DNA of 64,000 nucleotides. Source: Eledone cirrhosa (lineage: Eukaryota). Every line of letters starts with the position of its first letter. Positions within the stretch are counted from its first letter, which is position 1. The notes under the pieces were generated by a model. That model made no database searches. It saw nothing but the letters and a program-made list of their open reading frames with translations, and had not been told where the DNA came from. The position numbers were made by a program, and so were the translations under genes. Shown piece by piece: positions 24,658 through 37,194 of the stretch. The stretch lies in NCBI GenBank assembly GCA_964016885.1, contig OZ024741.1:301630001-301694000 (forward strand), read 5' to 3'.

Positions 24658-27600
24658 GTTTCTTTATTAGCCACAGGGGCACAAAAGTAGGGCGCAAATA
24701 CAAAGGGGGAAGTTTACATACAATAAAAACGTGTAAAATATTATCACAAACACAATTTAAAAGTTAATCGATTTTCCCCAATAGGGGGAAACATTTCATA
24801 TGGGTAACACATACCCCAGAAAAAATGTGCAACCCTCATCTCCAGGAGTACGAAGAGTGAGTACCCTTTTCCTGTCTTCCTCTTTTTCCTCAACCTACAG
24901 GCTGATATAGAGAAAAGGCCCATTCACTCGGGCCATTCTCGCCACTTTCACCCACCTTTCATAAAACTTGCTGGGGTACAGCACCCCTCTCTCCATTCTG
25001 ATTCTTCTTCCAACGTGGTATTTGAAAAAGATAATCAGTTGTTGGCCGGAGAGAAAGGTGCCTGACCTCAGCCCTTTCAACCTTGTCCACCATACATCTT
25101 TCGCCATAGCTATTACACAGAGGAAAACCGCCTCTCCTTCGTTTTTGAAGGAGGGTGGCGGTTTTATCATGACAATGGACTCGGTGGTCAACCGGATTGG
25201 TCCCACCCACGACAATAGTCGTTCTGCATAGCCCCACAACGCCCGGGCAGTGTATGAATGCGTGCGCGACGGTTTCTTCGTCTCGCACGCACCTCGGACA
25301 GATCTTTTTCGAAAGGTCCCTGCCCGGGCGCCCACGTCTGTAGAGCTTGTCTCGAACTGGTAGAACTCCTCGGTAGCACTGCCAGGCAAGGGACTTTTGG
25401 AAGTAGTCCATCGGTCCCGAGCGGGAGGTCCTACCGAACAGGCTGGCCAGTTCGTCTTCCTCTATGCCCAGAGTTTCACCGAGCGCGTCGTCGCACTTGC
25501 TGCGGATCAACCCTCTATAGAATGACGAAGTGGAGTCTCCATTGATCGCCGCGTCCGCCTGCCAGAGGGCTGTGAGCGCCTGAGCACATTCGATGTGCCA
25601 GTGGCCCATTTCCTCGGTCTTTGCTTGACCCAGGAATGCAGCTCGGTCAGCGAGACGAGTCGTGGGAAGGCTCGCCTCACGAACGGGGCCCACACCGGCT
25701 GTCCGGTGAGGAATACGTAGAGATGCCGCAGCCTGAGCGCGTGTGTGCGCATCGTCAGCCACGGCATCGCCAGCCCTCCGTTGGAAGGGCGTTGGCAGCA
25801 GATGGATCTTATCACCAAAGGAGCCCGCCTCTTCCAAAGGAATTGGAAGAGCGTGCGCTCCATTTTGGCGAGCGTTTTGGCTGGGCAGGGCACGACGGTC
25901 AAGTGGTAGTAGATGGCGGATGCTATGAAAGTGTTCGCCACCTCCGCTCGACCTTTCAAGGATAGTTTGCACTCGGCCCACTTCTAGATGAGTGCAAACA
26001 CCTTGGCCGTCGCCTCTTTCCAGGTCTTCTCCACCTGGAGGTCCGGACCAAACTAGACCCCGAGCAGCTTTACCGGTCCTTCCGTCTCCAGCGTCCGACG
26101 ACGCCATCGGAAGGCATCGGTTTGCCTCTCCATGACCCGAGTTGCAAACCGATGGACTTGTCCCGGTTCAGCTTCGCTCCTGTGAGCCTTTCGTTTTCCT
26201 TCAGTAAGGTGCCGACCTCCTCGATTTGCGAGGTGCCCCACACCATTACTGACATGTCGTCGGCGTAGGCCAACGCTGCTTTCCGCGGTCCCGGTTCCAG
26301 AGGGATGCCCTGCAATGGTTCTAACTTCTGTAGTAGTGGCTCGAGAGTCAGTACGTACAGAAGAGAGGAGAGAGGGCATCCCTGTTGAATGGAACGCGTG
26401 ATATGGAACGGCTCCGAGAGGTAGCCGTTCACCTTGACCCTTGAGCAAATCTTGCTGTTGTGCATTGAAGCAATCCAGCCCCTGAACACGGGTCCGAAGC
26501 CTGCCGCCTCGAGCACCGCATCCAGGTAACGATGGTCAACCCTATCGAAAGCTTTAGACTGATCCAAGTTGATCAGGGCCCCACCGAAGCCGGGTCTACA
26601 CTCTACCCTCTCTATGATGTATCGCATGAGGTGGAGGTTGTGGTGTATGGACCTGGTCGGGATTGCGCATATCTGCACTTCTACCACCAGGTTCTCGACG
26701 ACAAGCGCCAGCCTCTTTGCCAACACTTTGGCCAAAATCTGTAACTCTGTATTTAGCAGAGTTATGGGCCGGAAGTTGCCTATATCATCACCCTTATTCT
26801 CGTCTTTCCTGACTAGTGTGACTAGGCCCCTGGTCACAGAACTGGGAATTCTCCCGTTCTGCTGCCAGTTGCAGTAGACCGCTTCCAGGAGACCGGAGAA
26901 TAAGTCCGGCATTGCTACGTAAAATTCGTAGGGTAGACCTACGAGACCTGGAGATTTGCGTTTGCCGCATTGGCTCAGCGCGTCCCCTATCTCAGCGGCT
27001 GAAATCGGCTTTTCGCAGAACTTCGCCTTGCTGTCTGAGAGTCGCGGTAGGCCGTCGAGGTATGGACCGAAATCCATAGCACCTCCCGGCGCGCCGCCCT
27101 GCCCGAACAGTTGAGCAAAGTGCCACTGAAAGGCCGCACACATTTGCTTCGGCTCACGTATCACGCGTCCGTCTTGGTCCTTCAAAGACCGAATAGTGGA
27201 CTTGTTTCCACTTTTTGCCTCCGTCAGTCGGGCCCAACTAACAGCTTTGGCTCCCTCGTTTCCCAGAGCACGTATTTTGCTTCTGACAACGCTCCCTCGT
27301 GCTTTGTGTCGAAGAACTGGTCTAGGGCCGTTCTCGTTGTTAGCACGCTGGCTACGTTGCCACTTCTAATTGCCTCTTCTACTTTATCTACCAGTTCCTT
27401 CTCGGTCCTATTTCTATTTAACGCTAATTCTTTACTAAAAACTAACGAGTCTAATCTAACTGCCCTCTTGAAAGAGTACCACCATCTGTTGTTGACAATG
27501 GCCCCTGTCAAGTGCTGTTTAACTAAAGTGCTAATCCGTCTACTGTAGGCTTTGCATGTCGGTAACGACAAGTTCAGCTTCCAGTAGCCGGGTCCTTGTC

Positions 27601-28130
27601 TATGGGTTCTATCAAGGTTGACCATGCAGGTCACTAGTTTGTGATCTGAATAGGTAACCATGAACATTTGTGGACAGCTTAACATGTCCCTATCCTTATT
27701 TCTAACTAGAACCCTATCTAAGTACGATCTAGATGTTCCGCTACGGTTAGTCCGCGTCCACAGTGGCACAGTCGAAAAATATAGTCAATATCTATCGGCC
27801 AGGTCAAATCGGCCGATTAACTGTTTGAGGCTGTTACACCCCCCTTTATCGGGACATGCTCCCACATAGTCCCAACGTGCATCTAGGATTCCATTCCACT
27901 AAATGCAAGGAGCAGGACGTTCCCAGAAAAGTCTCTAGACGTTTGAAGAAGTCTCGCCGCGGTGTCTCGGATGAGCCATATGCGGCTACCAGCCTGAGGG
28001 CTCCACCTTCACTACCGTCAACGTCTAGGACCACCATTCGACCCTCCGGGTCCAGAAGTACCGTCTGTGTTACGAGGCCCAGGTGTTTCCGCAGCAAAAC
28101 GGCAACCCCGCTCCCACCCCCCGGCTGACA
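24658..28130 (-). mobile_element. L1-clade Tx1 LINE, 5'-truncated within the APE endonuclease
   Basis: APE motifs (YLDRVLV, SDHKLV, GPGYWKLN), RT (DQSKAFDRV, QQGCPLS, YADD), CCHC CPRC..H..C, 3' UTR ending AATAAAGAAACATATCTATC; frameshifted. Confidence 0.95.
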
Positions 28131-28154
28131 GATAGATAGATGGATAGATAGATC

Positions 28155-28227
<73 letters not shown>
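28131..28227. repeat. (GATA)n microsatellite at the Tx1 5' junction
   Basis: Direct inspection. Confidence 0.97.
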
Positions 28228-28228
<1 letters not shown>

Positions 28229-29260
28229 GGGGTGCGTCGTCTTCGAAGTTTTCGGTGACTGAGACAGAAATTTGCGAAAAGATTCAAAAATCGAATATTC
28301 GAATTATGAGTATCTTAATCCTTACTATATATAGCATTCTGTATAGCTTTTGCAGCAATGACATCCCACATACAAGATTAATATATTTATGACATATCAG
28401 AAAGGAGGAAGGTTAATGAATGGATGAGCAATATATATGATAAAATTGCTACTTTCAGTCTAATGCGGATTGGTTTGGTGTTTCCGCAAACTTTTTATTC
28501 AGCAAATCTATTATAGTATCTCCTTTATCCTTTTCTCCTTGGATTTTATCACGCCAATCTTCCGAAATGCGATATATATTAACAGGAAAATTTACCTAAC
28601 TTTTTTCTGATAACAGAAAAGCGTACTGTTAGGCAATTTCAAACCACTAGTCCCAGTCATCTCACAATTACCACCTTACTTCGCCAAAACTTACGTGTAT
28701 ATGTGAGATAGGCATTTCTAACCAGCAAGCACATCATGAAAATACCAGCATCATGCTCATAAACGCTACCATATATACATTTATTGAACTGAGCGGCAGA
28801 CGTATCAAACGCATTTACAACACCAGGACCCAAATGTGGTGATATATAAGGTGTCGCTAGAGTCTTCTGCAGATAAGGGTGCCACCGAGATGTAAGCTTC
28901 CTGAAACTGTCAGCAACTCATCAACACACCACTCCATGTGAATTGGAGCAGCTAATGGAGGCCCTTAGCTGCATAGCCTCAAACTCCATTCTCCATTTTG
29001 TTTTGCTTTTCTCAGATGTACCTAAATATTTAGACGTATTTTTCGTCTTGAAAGCATATGTAATGCGGAGTTAAGTCAAACTGTTAATACGAACACTCAG
29101 GTTTCACATTTTGTGTTGTTTACTCTTTCCTTTTCATTTATAACTATGTTCTCTGTGTTGAGGAGTCAGTTCCGTATCTAACAAACTGCGTATACATCCT
29201 TCTACTTATAAAATATAGATATCTCTCTCTGTCTCTCTCTCTCTCTCTCTCCCCTCTCTC

Positions 29261-29291
<31 letters not shown>

Positions 29292-29721
29292 TTTCTTGTG
29301 TCTGTGTGTAAAGAGGAAGAGAATAAATCAGAGTATGCTTAAATAATATTTAATATAATATATGATATTTTAACCTGGGTAATTGAACAATATATAAAAA
29401 GTGCAGCCCTTACTTATGACAAGCTATAATTTTCTCTGTCTAGCAATAAGATTGCATTCGTATATGTCAAAGTAGCTTCCTCCAAAGGGTTCTTATAAAG
29501 TGGATCAGAGTTCAGAACACTACTCAGACAGATGTCTGCCCCGTTTTCTGTGGTTGTTACCGATAATTCTAGTATAGTTAAATTTACGATATATTCACTG
29601 GTATTTTTTCTATCCAGAAATCGATCGACTATTTTGTTTTGTTTTGTCTGTATATTGATTTTTTTTTCATAACAATTCAATATCCTAATATTAATATATT
29701 GAATAAGAAAGTATGTACCCT

Positions 29722-29795
<74 letters not shown>

Positions 29796-29998
29796 TCTGT
29801 CGAGACGTAGATTAGGATTGGGAAATTCGTATGTATTATAGATATGGAACAATCAATCTAGGAGAGTGAAATTATATTTGAAATGCTAATGTACTTAGCT
29901 TAAGTGCTTGACAGGGGGGAGTTATTTTTTACCTCCGAAACAAAATATGGAAGACGTGTTGTCACAGCAAGTGTGTATGTGTGTGTGATAGTATATAT

Positions 29999-30037
<39 letters not shown>

Positions 30038-30074
30038 CTGTGTGTCTGTGTGTGGTGTGTGTGTGTGTGTGTGT

Positions 30075-30159
<85 letters not shown>

Positions 30160-30161
<2 letters not shown>

Positions 30162-30284
30162 ATCCCGGGTTCAATCGGGGGTAACCACAGTAAGTAAGGT
30201 ACTCAATACATAGTAGAGTTTAAATATTTAATATAGAAATTGCTTCTACAGAACTAGAACTGTTTCATTCGGGAGAAATCATCA
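30160..30284 (-). mobile_element. pLTR-like fragment with a hammerhead truncated at the core
   Basis: Minus strand ..TGATGA-TTTCTCCCGAAT-GAAA-CAGTTCTAGTTCTG-TA; lies between microsatellites. Confidence 0.5.
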
Positions 30285-30326
30285 TACATATGTATATATA
30301 TATATATATCCAAAATTAAATTAAGG

Positions 30327-30364
<38 letters not shown>

Positions 30365-30373
<9 letters not shown>

Positions 30374-30919
30374 ATGTATATATAATGTATTTTGCAATAC
30401 ACTTTATGCTTAATTAAAAGCATTTTGAAGACCGTAAGCTATTGTTTTAAAGTAGTGACAAATTCACTCACTTTGATCTCAGCAAACAGGGGAGATAAGC
30501 CGACAAGACTTGTTTCGCTTTGGTTGAAGCTTATCAAGGCCAACTACCCCACCTGTCTGCTGAGATCATTGATGTTATATTCTTATAGAAATCTAGTAAA
30601 TAATCAGGAGTTGATTATGCAGAGCTGTTGTTGGTCAGGCAGAAATTAAAAATTAGAATTGGAGCTCTGAAATAGCAATATATATATGGATGTATATATA
30701 ATATATTTTGCCATACACTTTGATAAGCTTCAACCAAAGCGAAACAAGTCTTGTCGGCTTATCTCCCCTGTTTGCTGAGATCAAAGTGAGTGAATTTGTC
30801 ACTACTTTAAAACAATAGCTTACGGTCTTCAAAATGCTTTTAATTAAGCATAAAGTGTATTGCAAAATACATTATATATACATCCATATATATATTGCTA
30901 TTTCAGAGCTCCAATTCTA

Positions 30920-30922
<3 letters not shown>
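30365..30922. mobile_element. PLE pLTR fold-back (family E) in (TA)n
   Basis: Arms 30371-30538 and 30720-30890 are reverse complements; an extra inverted terminus lies at 30652-30720. Confidence 0.85.
30498..30541 (-). ncRNA. Type-I hammerhead ribozyme motif, U3-A8 core
   Basis: GGCC-TTGATAA-GCTT(CAACCA)AAGC-GAA-ACAAGTCTTGT-C-GGCT; GUC cleavage triplet. Confidence 0.8.
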
Positions 30923-30996
<74 letters not shown>

Positions 30997-31529
30997 GTTT
31001 GTGTGTGTGTGTGTGTGATAATTGCACTAACACAGAGTTGTTTAGAATAGAAGTGTACATGATCCCATATAAAATTTATATACGTACAAAAGCCCTGCAT
31101 ATCATCTTGCAATATTTTAATCTGGCATTTTGTCACCGTTATCTCGATATCCCTGTCAGCTCAGAATATACGTATTTCAAGAATGTTATCCCTCTCCTGT
31201 AGATGACTTCTTACAAAGACACGCTTCCATATAGTGTAAGCTTGACAGTGATAGCACTAACATAGCTTGTTACAGAATAAAAGTGTATGTGGACTTATAT
31301 CCAATACGTTTATGCACAAAATCCTACACATAATCTCAGCTACGTCAGTGTAAGGGCTCTGTGTACTTTTTGCAAGATATTTATCGTAAACTTGATTGAA
31401 GTTGAAAACTAAATATGCTGATAACATAAAAAAAACACTAACTGCTGTGTTCTCGGAGCTTCACAAAGAACAGGTGAACAATTATCTACATGTGTCTGGC
31501 AATTATGTGTCTATGTGTGTTAATTACTC

Positions 31530-31950
31530 CTCGTCCTCCTCTGCTTCCTCTTCTACCTTCTTCTTCTTCTTCTCATTCTTCTTTTTCACCCACTTATTCC
31601 TGAGAGGGTCGTGGGGGCAGAATCCTCAAACATACCTTCCAGTGGGTCTTGTGAGAAGCAACTATTTCCAACTGATCCGGCTGGATCTTCAAATGAGATC
31701 GGCTGAGCTCATAGATGTTGTCCAGCCATCTTCCTCGGCGTCTACCCCTGGGTCTCCTGTCGATTGGTTTTACCCTTAAAATTCTTTCCTGAGACATTCT
31801 AACCACATGCCCATAGTATAGGAACTGTGGTCTCTCAATTCGGAGAAGCAGCAGCTCTACCTGGAGAGATTCTCCGATCTCCGAGTTACGCACTCTACCG
31901 AGTAACGTTACTCCAAAGACCATTAGGAGGAACCCCACTTCGGCTGGACT
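31530..31950 (-). mobile_element. RTE/RTE-X-like LINE 3' fragment with (AAG)-rich tail
   Basis: RVRNSEI..YYGHVVRM..RRPRGRRRGRWLDNI. Confidence 0.85.
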
Positions 31951-32857
31951 TACAGTGGTAAACTACTAGGGTAAATGGAGCAATGAGTGACACCTGTAGC
32001 TTCCAAGAAAACTCTCACAGCCCAGGGATGTAGCTATGACGAGGCGAGTAAAGGCCGCCTCTAAAAAAGCCTAGTCTTTGTGGGTTTGAGAAAGTACCAG
32101 ATTGGTGACTGGTGCAAATAAGACGACCAAAACTGCAATATGGTGATGGTCTGTTAATTACATTTTTTTTAATATTCATGTTAAGATATCTGTAAAAAGT
32201 AACCCGTTATCAAATCTCATTGCCTAACAAATGACATTCCTCAGAATATCTAGCCTGGTACGGTGTTCATCGGCGAAGGAATTCCCAATCTCTGTGCACT
32301 AAGAAGTTAGAAGCTTAGATACTCTGAAGAAGATCCACAAATCTAGAAATATATGAGATCGATTCCATGTGTACTTCATACAGTGAGAGACGGACTGTTG
32401 TGTATCTATTTCGAAAGATTTTCACAGCGAGTACATTATTATGAGTGTAGAAAAATGGTTAAAACTTAAATTTCAAATTATCAAAAACCATTATCATGAA
32501 TAATACAAGTTGTATGTGTTGATATTTATGTGCATATATTTAAATATCTATATATAGTTATGACGTGATAACGTCAGTTAGTCGCATCTATCAAATTGAT
32601 GCTTACATTCATTTGCTCAACAGTAATGACAAACTCGGTAATGTATCACGATAACCAGAATTTAGATTGCATTACTTTCTAAAGTCTTTTGTTTGTTTTT
32701 AGGAGGCAGGGGTCTTTTTTGTTTTTCGTCTTTGGCTTAATCAGAGGCAGAAAGGCAGAGCTTCCCATACTAGAAACGAAACAGATAAGTATCAACGATT
32801 CATGAATTAATGTAATAAAAAGCAGCAATTTAAGGTATCGTTATCCCTGCATAATTA

Positions 32858-33200
32858 CAAGTATTGGTCACTCTCCGACAGGTTTGCAGTCGAGCCTGAA
32901 GTAGTGGAGACTTCTGGTATCCTTCGACCTAGGGTCACTTCCCTACTCCTCACCATCGGCACAGAGTTGGCTTCCTGCAGGTGTGAACATCGCAAGCTAG
33001 AATGGCTCTTCCAGCGCATGTCCCTCACCATCCTCCAGCGAAACGCCTTCTCTATTCTGTCCGCCGTGGCAACAGGCTGGCCACTGCGTGGGCCTCCATT
33101 TGCTCATAATAGGGAGAGATGGGGAGAGCATGAGGGACGGAGATGATTACAGTGCGAGTTTGGTTATTTTGTGTTCGGACTTAGGTGTATATGTGTATAA
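32858..33200 (+). mobile_element. CRE-clade-like LINE 3' fragment (endonuclease C-terminus)
   Basis: KYWSLSDRF..EPEVVETSG...WLFQRMSLTILQRNAFSI resembles the CRE-type PxxxETxG...QRLSxxxQRGN motif. Confidence 0.65.
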
Positions 33201-34251
33201 AGAGAATTAATTTTCCTTCTGTAATCTTTTAAAATTACTTGTCTATATATCTAGTCACATTTTCACACTTGTCTTAATTATAAGAAAATAGACTTCACTA
33301 AATTCAGCAAAGGATATTTGTGCTGATAAAATACTGTCACTTACAAAGCCCCAGTGTATGAGAAAACACTTGGTGCGTGCGTTCAGTAAGAGCATCGTAA
33401 ATAGATACTGTAACATAATTATAGTATATCATCTTTCCTATCTTGATTTTCTGTCACATCCTATAATCAAAGATATAAATTCTTGATACTCATTTAGTAT
33501 TTTTCCAGTAAGCATCACTCAAAATTTAGTCTATAAATTCTCAATTGAAATAAACACTCAATCACGGACATGATGTTCAATGATTTACTATTGTATAGTA
33601 ATACTAGCTGATGTACCCAGCTTCGCCCGGGTAAACAGATGATAAGAGAAGACAGGTAGTAGAGAATATGACTGTATTGGATGTTTGTCTGCTTTTCAGT
33701 ATGCGGCGAGACCATTCTGTGTGTCACAAAAAAAAACAGTAAAGAATATTCCAGATACACCAGATTCATTGTTTTTACCGTTCGTGCATAGTATATGAAG
33801 ATTTCTAAAAGTTTCCACTCGTGAACAACCTACATATAGAGAGAGGGTGTTATTATTGGTGTAAGATATAGAGAGGGGGATAATGAAAGAATGCCGTGTG
33901 GTTGATAAAGAGAAGGGGAGTTTAGTGGTAATGAATAGAATGAGGGGGATTAGAAGGGCGTACTATATGGTAGATATAGAGATGGAGAGAGTTTGAAGGT
34001 AGTAGATATATATTTCTATTTATTTGCCACGAGGGCATCAAAGATTGGGACAAATACAAAGGGGGGAGTTTACATACATTTAAAAAGACGTATAAAAAAC
34101 ATATAACAAATTAAATTTAACAATCGATGTCCTCAATAGGGAGGGGCGTTGACATGGGTCGCACACACCCCCGAAAAAATGTGCAACCCTCCTCTTCAGG
34201 AGCACAAAGAGTGGGTGCTTCCTTCCTCTTCTCATTCTTCTCCTCTCTCAC

Positions 34252-37153
34252 CTACAGGCTGATATAGAGAGAAGGCCCATTCACTCGGGCCATTCTCGCT
34301 ACTTTCACCCATCTTTCATAAAACTTGCTGGGGTAGAGCACCTCTCTCTCCATTCTGATCCTTCTTCTAAAGTGGTACTTGAAACAAAAGACCAGTTGTT
34401 GGCCGGAGAGAAAGGTGTCTAACCTCAGCCCTTTCAACTTTGTCCACCATACAACTTCTTTCGCCATGGCTATCACACAGAGGAAAACCGCCTCTCCTTC
34501 GTTTTTGAAAGGGGGAGACGGTTTGATCGTGACAATGTTCTCGGTGGTCAACCGGATTGGTCCCACCCGCGACAGTAGTCGTTCCACATAGCCCCACAGG
34601 TCAGCAACGCCCGGGCAGTGTACGAATGCGTCTGCGACGGTTTCCTCGTCACGAACGCATCTCGGACAGATCTTCTTCGAGGGGTCCCTACCCGGGTGCC
34701 CGTGTCTGTAGAGCTTGTCCCGAACGGGTAGAGCTCCTCGGTAACATTGCCAAGCCAGGGACTTTTGGAAGTTGTCCATCGGTCCCGGGCCAAACGTCCT
34801 ACCGAACAGACTGGCCAGCTCGTCTTCCTCCATGCCCAGAGCCTCTCCGAGAGCGTCGTCGCACTTACTGCGCACCAACCCTCTATAGAATGTTGAGGTT
34901 GAGTTTCCACTGATTTCCGGATCCGCTTGCCAGAGGGCCGTGAGCGTCTGGGCACATTCAGTGTGCCAGTTGCCCACTTTTCTCGGTCTTTGCTTGACCC
35001 AGGATTGCAGCTCGGTGAGTGAGACGAGTCTGGGTAAGTGCAAACTTCTGGGTAAGTGCAAACACCTTTCCCGTTACCTCGTCCAAGTTTTTCTCCACCT
35101 GGAGGTCCGGTCCGAACCAGACCCCGAGCAGCTTCACCGGTCCCTCCGTCCAGCGTCCGACGATGCCGTCGGAGGGCTTCGGTTTGCCCCTCCACATCCC
35201 GAGTTGCAAACCGACGGACTTGTCCCGGTTCAGATTGGCTCCTGTGAACCTTTCATATTCCTCCAGTAAGGTGCCGATCTGCCCGATTTCCGAGGCGCAC
35301 GACACCATTACTGTCACGTCATCGGCGTAGCCTGCCGCCGCGAGCACCCCATCCAGGTACCGATGGTCAACCCTATCGAACGCCTTAGATCGATCCAAGT
35401 TGATCAGGGCCCCACCAAAGCCGGGTTCGTTCCCTACCCTCTCTACGATGTATCGCATGAGGTGGAGGTTGTCGTGTATGGACCTGGACGGGATTGCGCA
35501 TGTCTGCGCTTCTCCCACCAGGTTCCCGACGACAAGGGCCAACCTCTTCGCTAACACCTTGGCCAAAATCTTTAACTCTGTGTTTAGCAGAGTTATGGGC
35601 CTGAAGTTATCTATGTCATCCCCCTTGTTCTCGTCCTTCCTCACCAGCGTGACTACGCCCTTGGTCACAGAACTGGGAATTCTCCCGTTCTGTTGCCAGT
35701 TGCAGTAGACCGCCTCGAGGAGACCGGAGAACAAGCCCGGCATCGCTACATAAAGTTCGTATGGTAGACCATCGAGACCCGGAGATTTGCGTATGCCGCA
35801 TTGGCTCAGCGCTTCCCCTATTTCAGCGGCTGAAATCGGCCTCTCGCAGGACTTCGCCTCCCCGTCCGAAAGCCGCGCCAGACCGTCGAGGTATGGACCG
35901 AAATCCATGGCCCCACCCGGCCCGCCGCCCCTCCCGAACAGTCGTGCAAAGCGCCGTTGAAAGGCCGCGCTCATCCGTTCAGGTTCAAGGATCACACGTC
36001 CATCCTGGTCCTTCAAAGACCGAATCGTGGACTTGTTTCCACTTTTTGCCTCTGTCACTCGGACCCAGCTAACAGCTTTGGCTCCCTCGTTACCCAGAGC
36101 ACGTATTTTACTCCTGAAAACGCAGCCCTCGTGCTTCGCATCAAAGAACTGGTCTAGGGCCATTCTTGACACCAGCACGCCGGCCACGTTGCCACTCCTA
36201 ATCGCCTCTTCTACTCTATTTGTTAATTCCCTTTCAGTTCTATTCCTATCTGATGCTAATTCCCGACTAAAACCTATCGATTCTATTCTAATTTCTCTCT
36301 TGAGAGATCCCCACCACCTGCTGTTGACAATTGCCCCCGTCAAACGCTGCTTAACTAGTGTTCTAATCCGCTTACTGTAAGCTTTGTTTGTCGGTAAAGA
36401 CAAGTTTAGCTTCCAGTAACCGGGTCCCTGTCTATGAGTTCTATCAAGATTGACCACTCCGGTCACCAACTTGTGATCCGAATAGTCAACCATGAACATT
36501 CGTGGACAGCTTAATATGTCCCTATCCTTATTTCTAACTAGGAACCTATCTAGGTACGATCTAGATGTTCCGCAGAAATTAGTCCACGTCCACAGTGGCA
36601 CAGTCGGAAAATCTAGTCGATATCTATCGGCCAGATCAAATCAGCCGATTAATCGTTTGAGGCTGTTACACCCCCCTCTATCGGCACATGCCTCTACATA
36701 GTCCCAACGTGCATCCAGGATACCATTCCAGTCCCCCACTAAAAGCAAGGAGCGAGACGTTCCCAGGAAATTATCTAGGCGTCGGAAGAAGTCCGGTCGC
36801 GGTGTCCCAGATGGAGCATACGCTGCCACCAGCCTGAAAGCTCCACCTTCACCACTGCCGACGTCTAAAACCACCAGTCGACCCTCCGGGTCCAGGTATT
36901 CCTTCTGTGTGGCAAGACCCAGGTATTTTCGCAGCAGAACGACAACCCCACCTCCACCCCTCGGCTGACAGAGAGATGCGTAGATTTCAAAGTCGTCGAA
37001 GATGGGGGCCAGTTGGCGCTCGCTGCTGATCCTGGACTCGCAAATAACCATTACATCCACTCTGTGCGACCTGAGGTCATTTAAGAGTTTGCCCTGTTTC
37101 CAGGACATCCCCAGGCCGCGTGCATTCACACATCCAACTCTTATATTGGCCAT
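34252..37153 (-). pseudogene. Tx1 ORF2 (APE-RT-CCHC) with a stop and two internal deletions
   Basis: ORFs 36641-37153, 34958-36601 and 34252-35061; comparison with the copy at 24895-28128. Confidence 0.92.
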
Positions 37154-37194
37154 GTTGGTGCTGAAGAGTTAAAAGGAAGAGGAAAGGAAATTAC

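Noticed and set aside
28700-29725. Moderately GC-rich stretch and 103-aa ORF as an exon or transposase relic
   Set aside because: No identifiable motif in the frames examined
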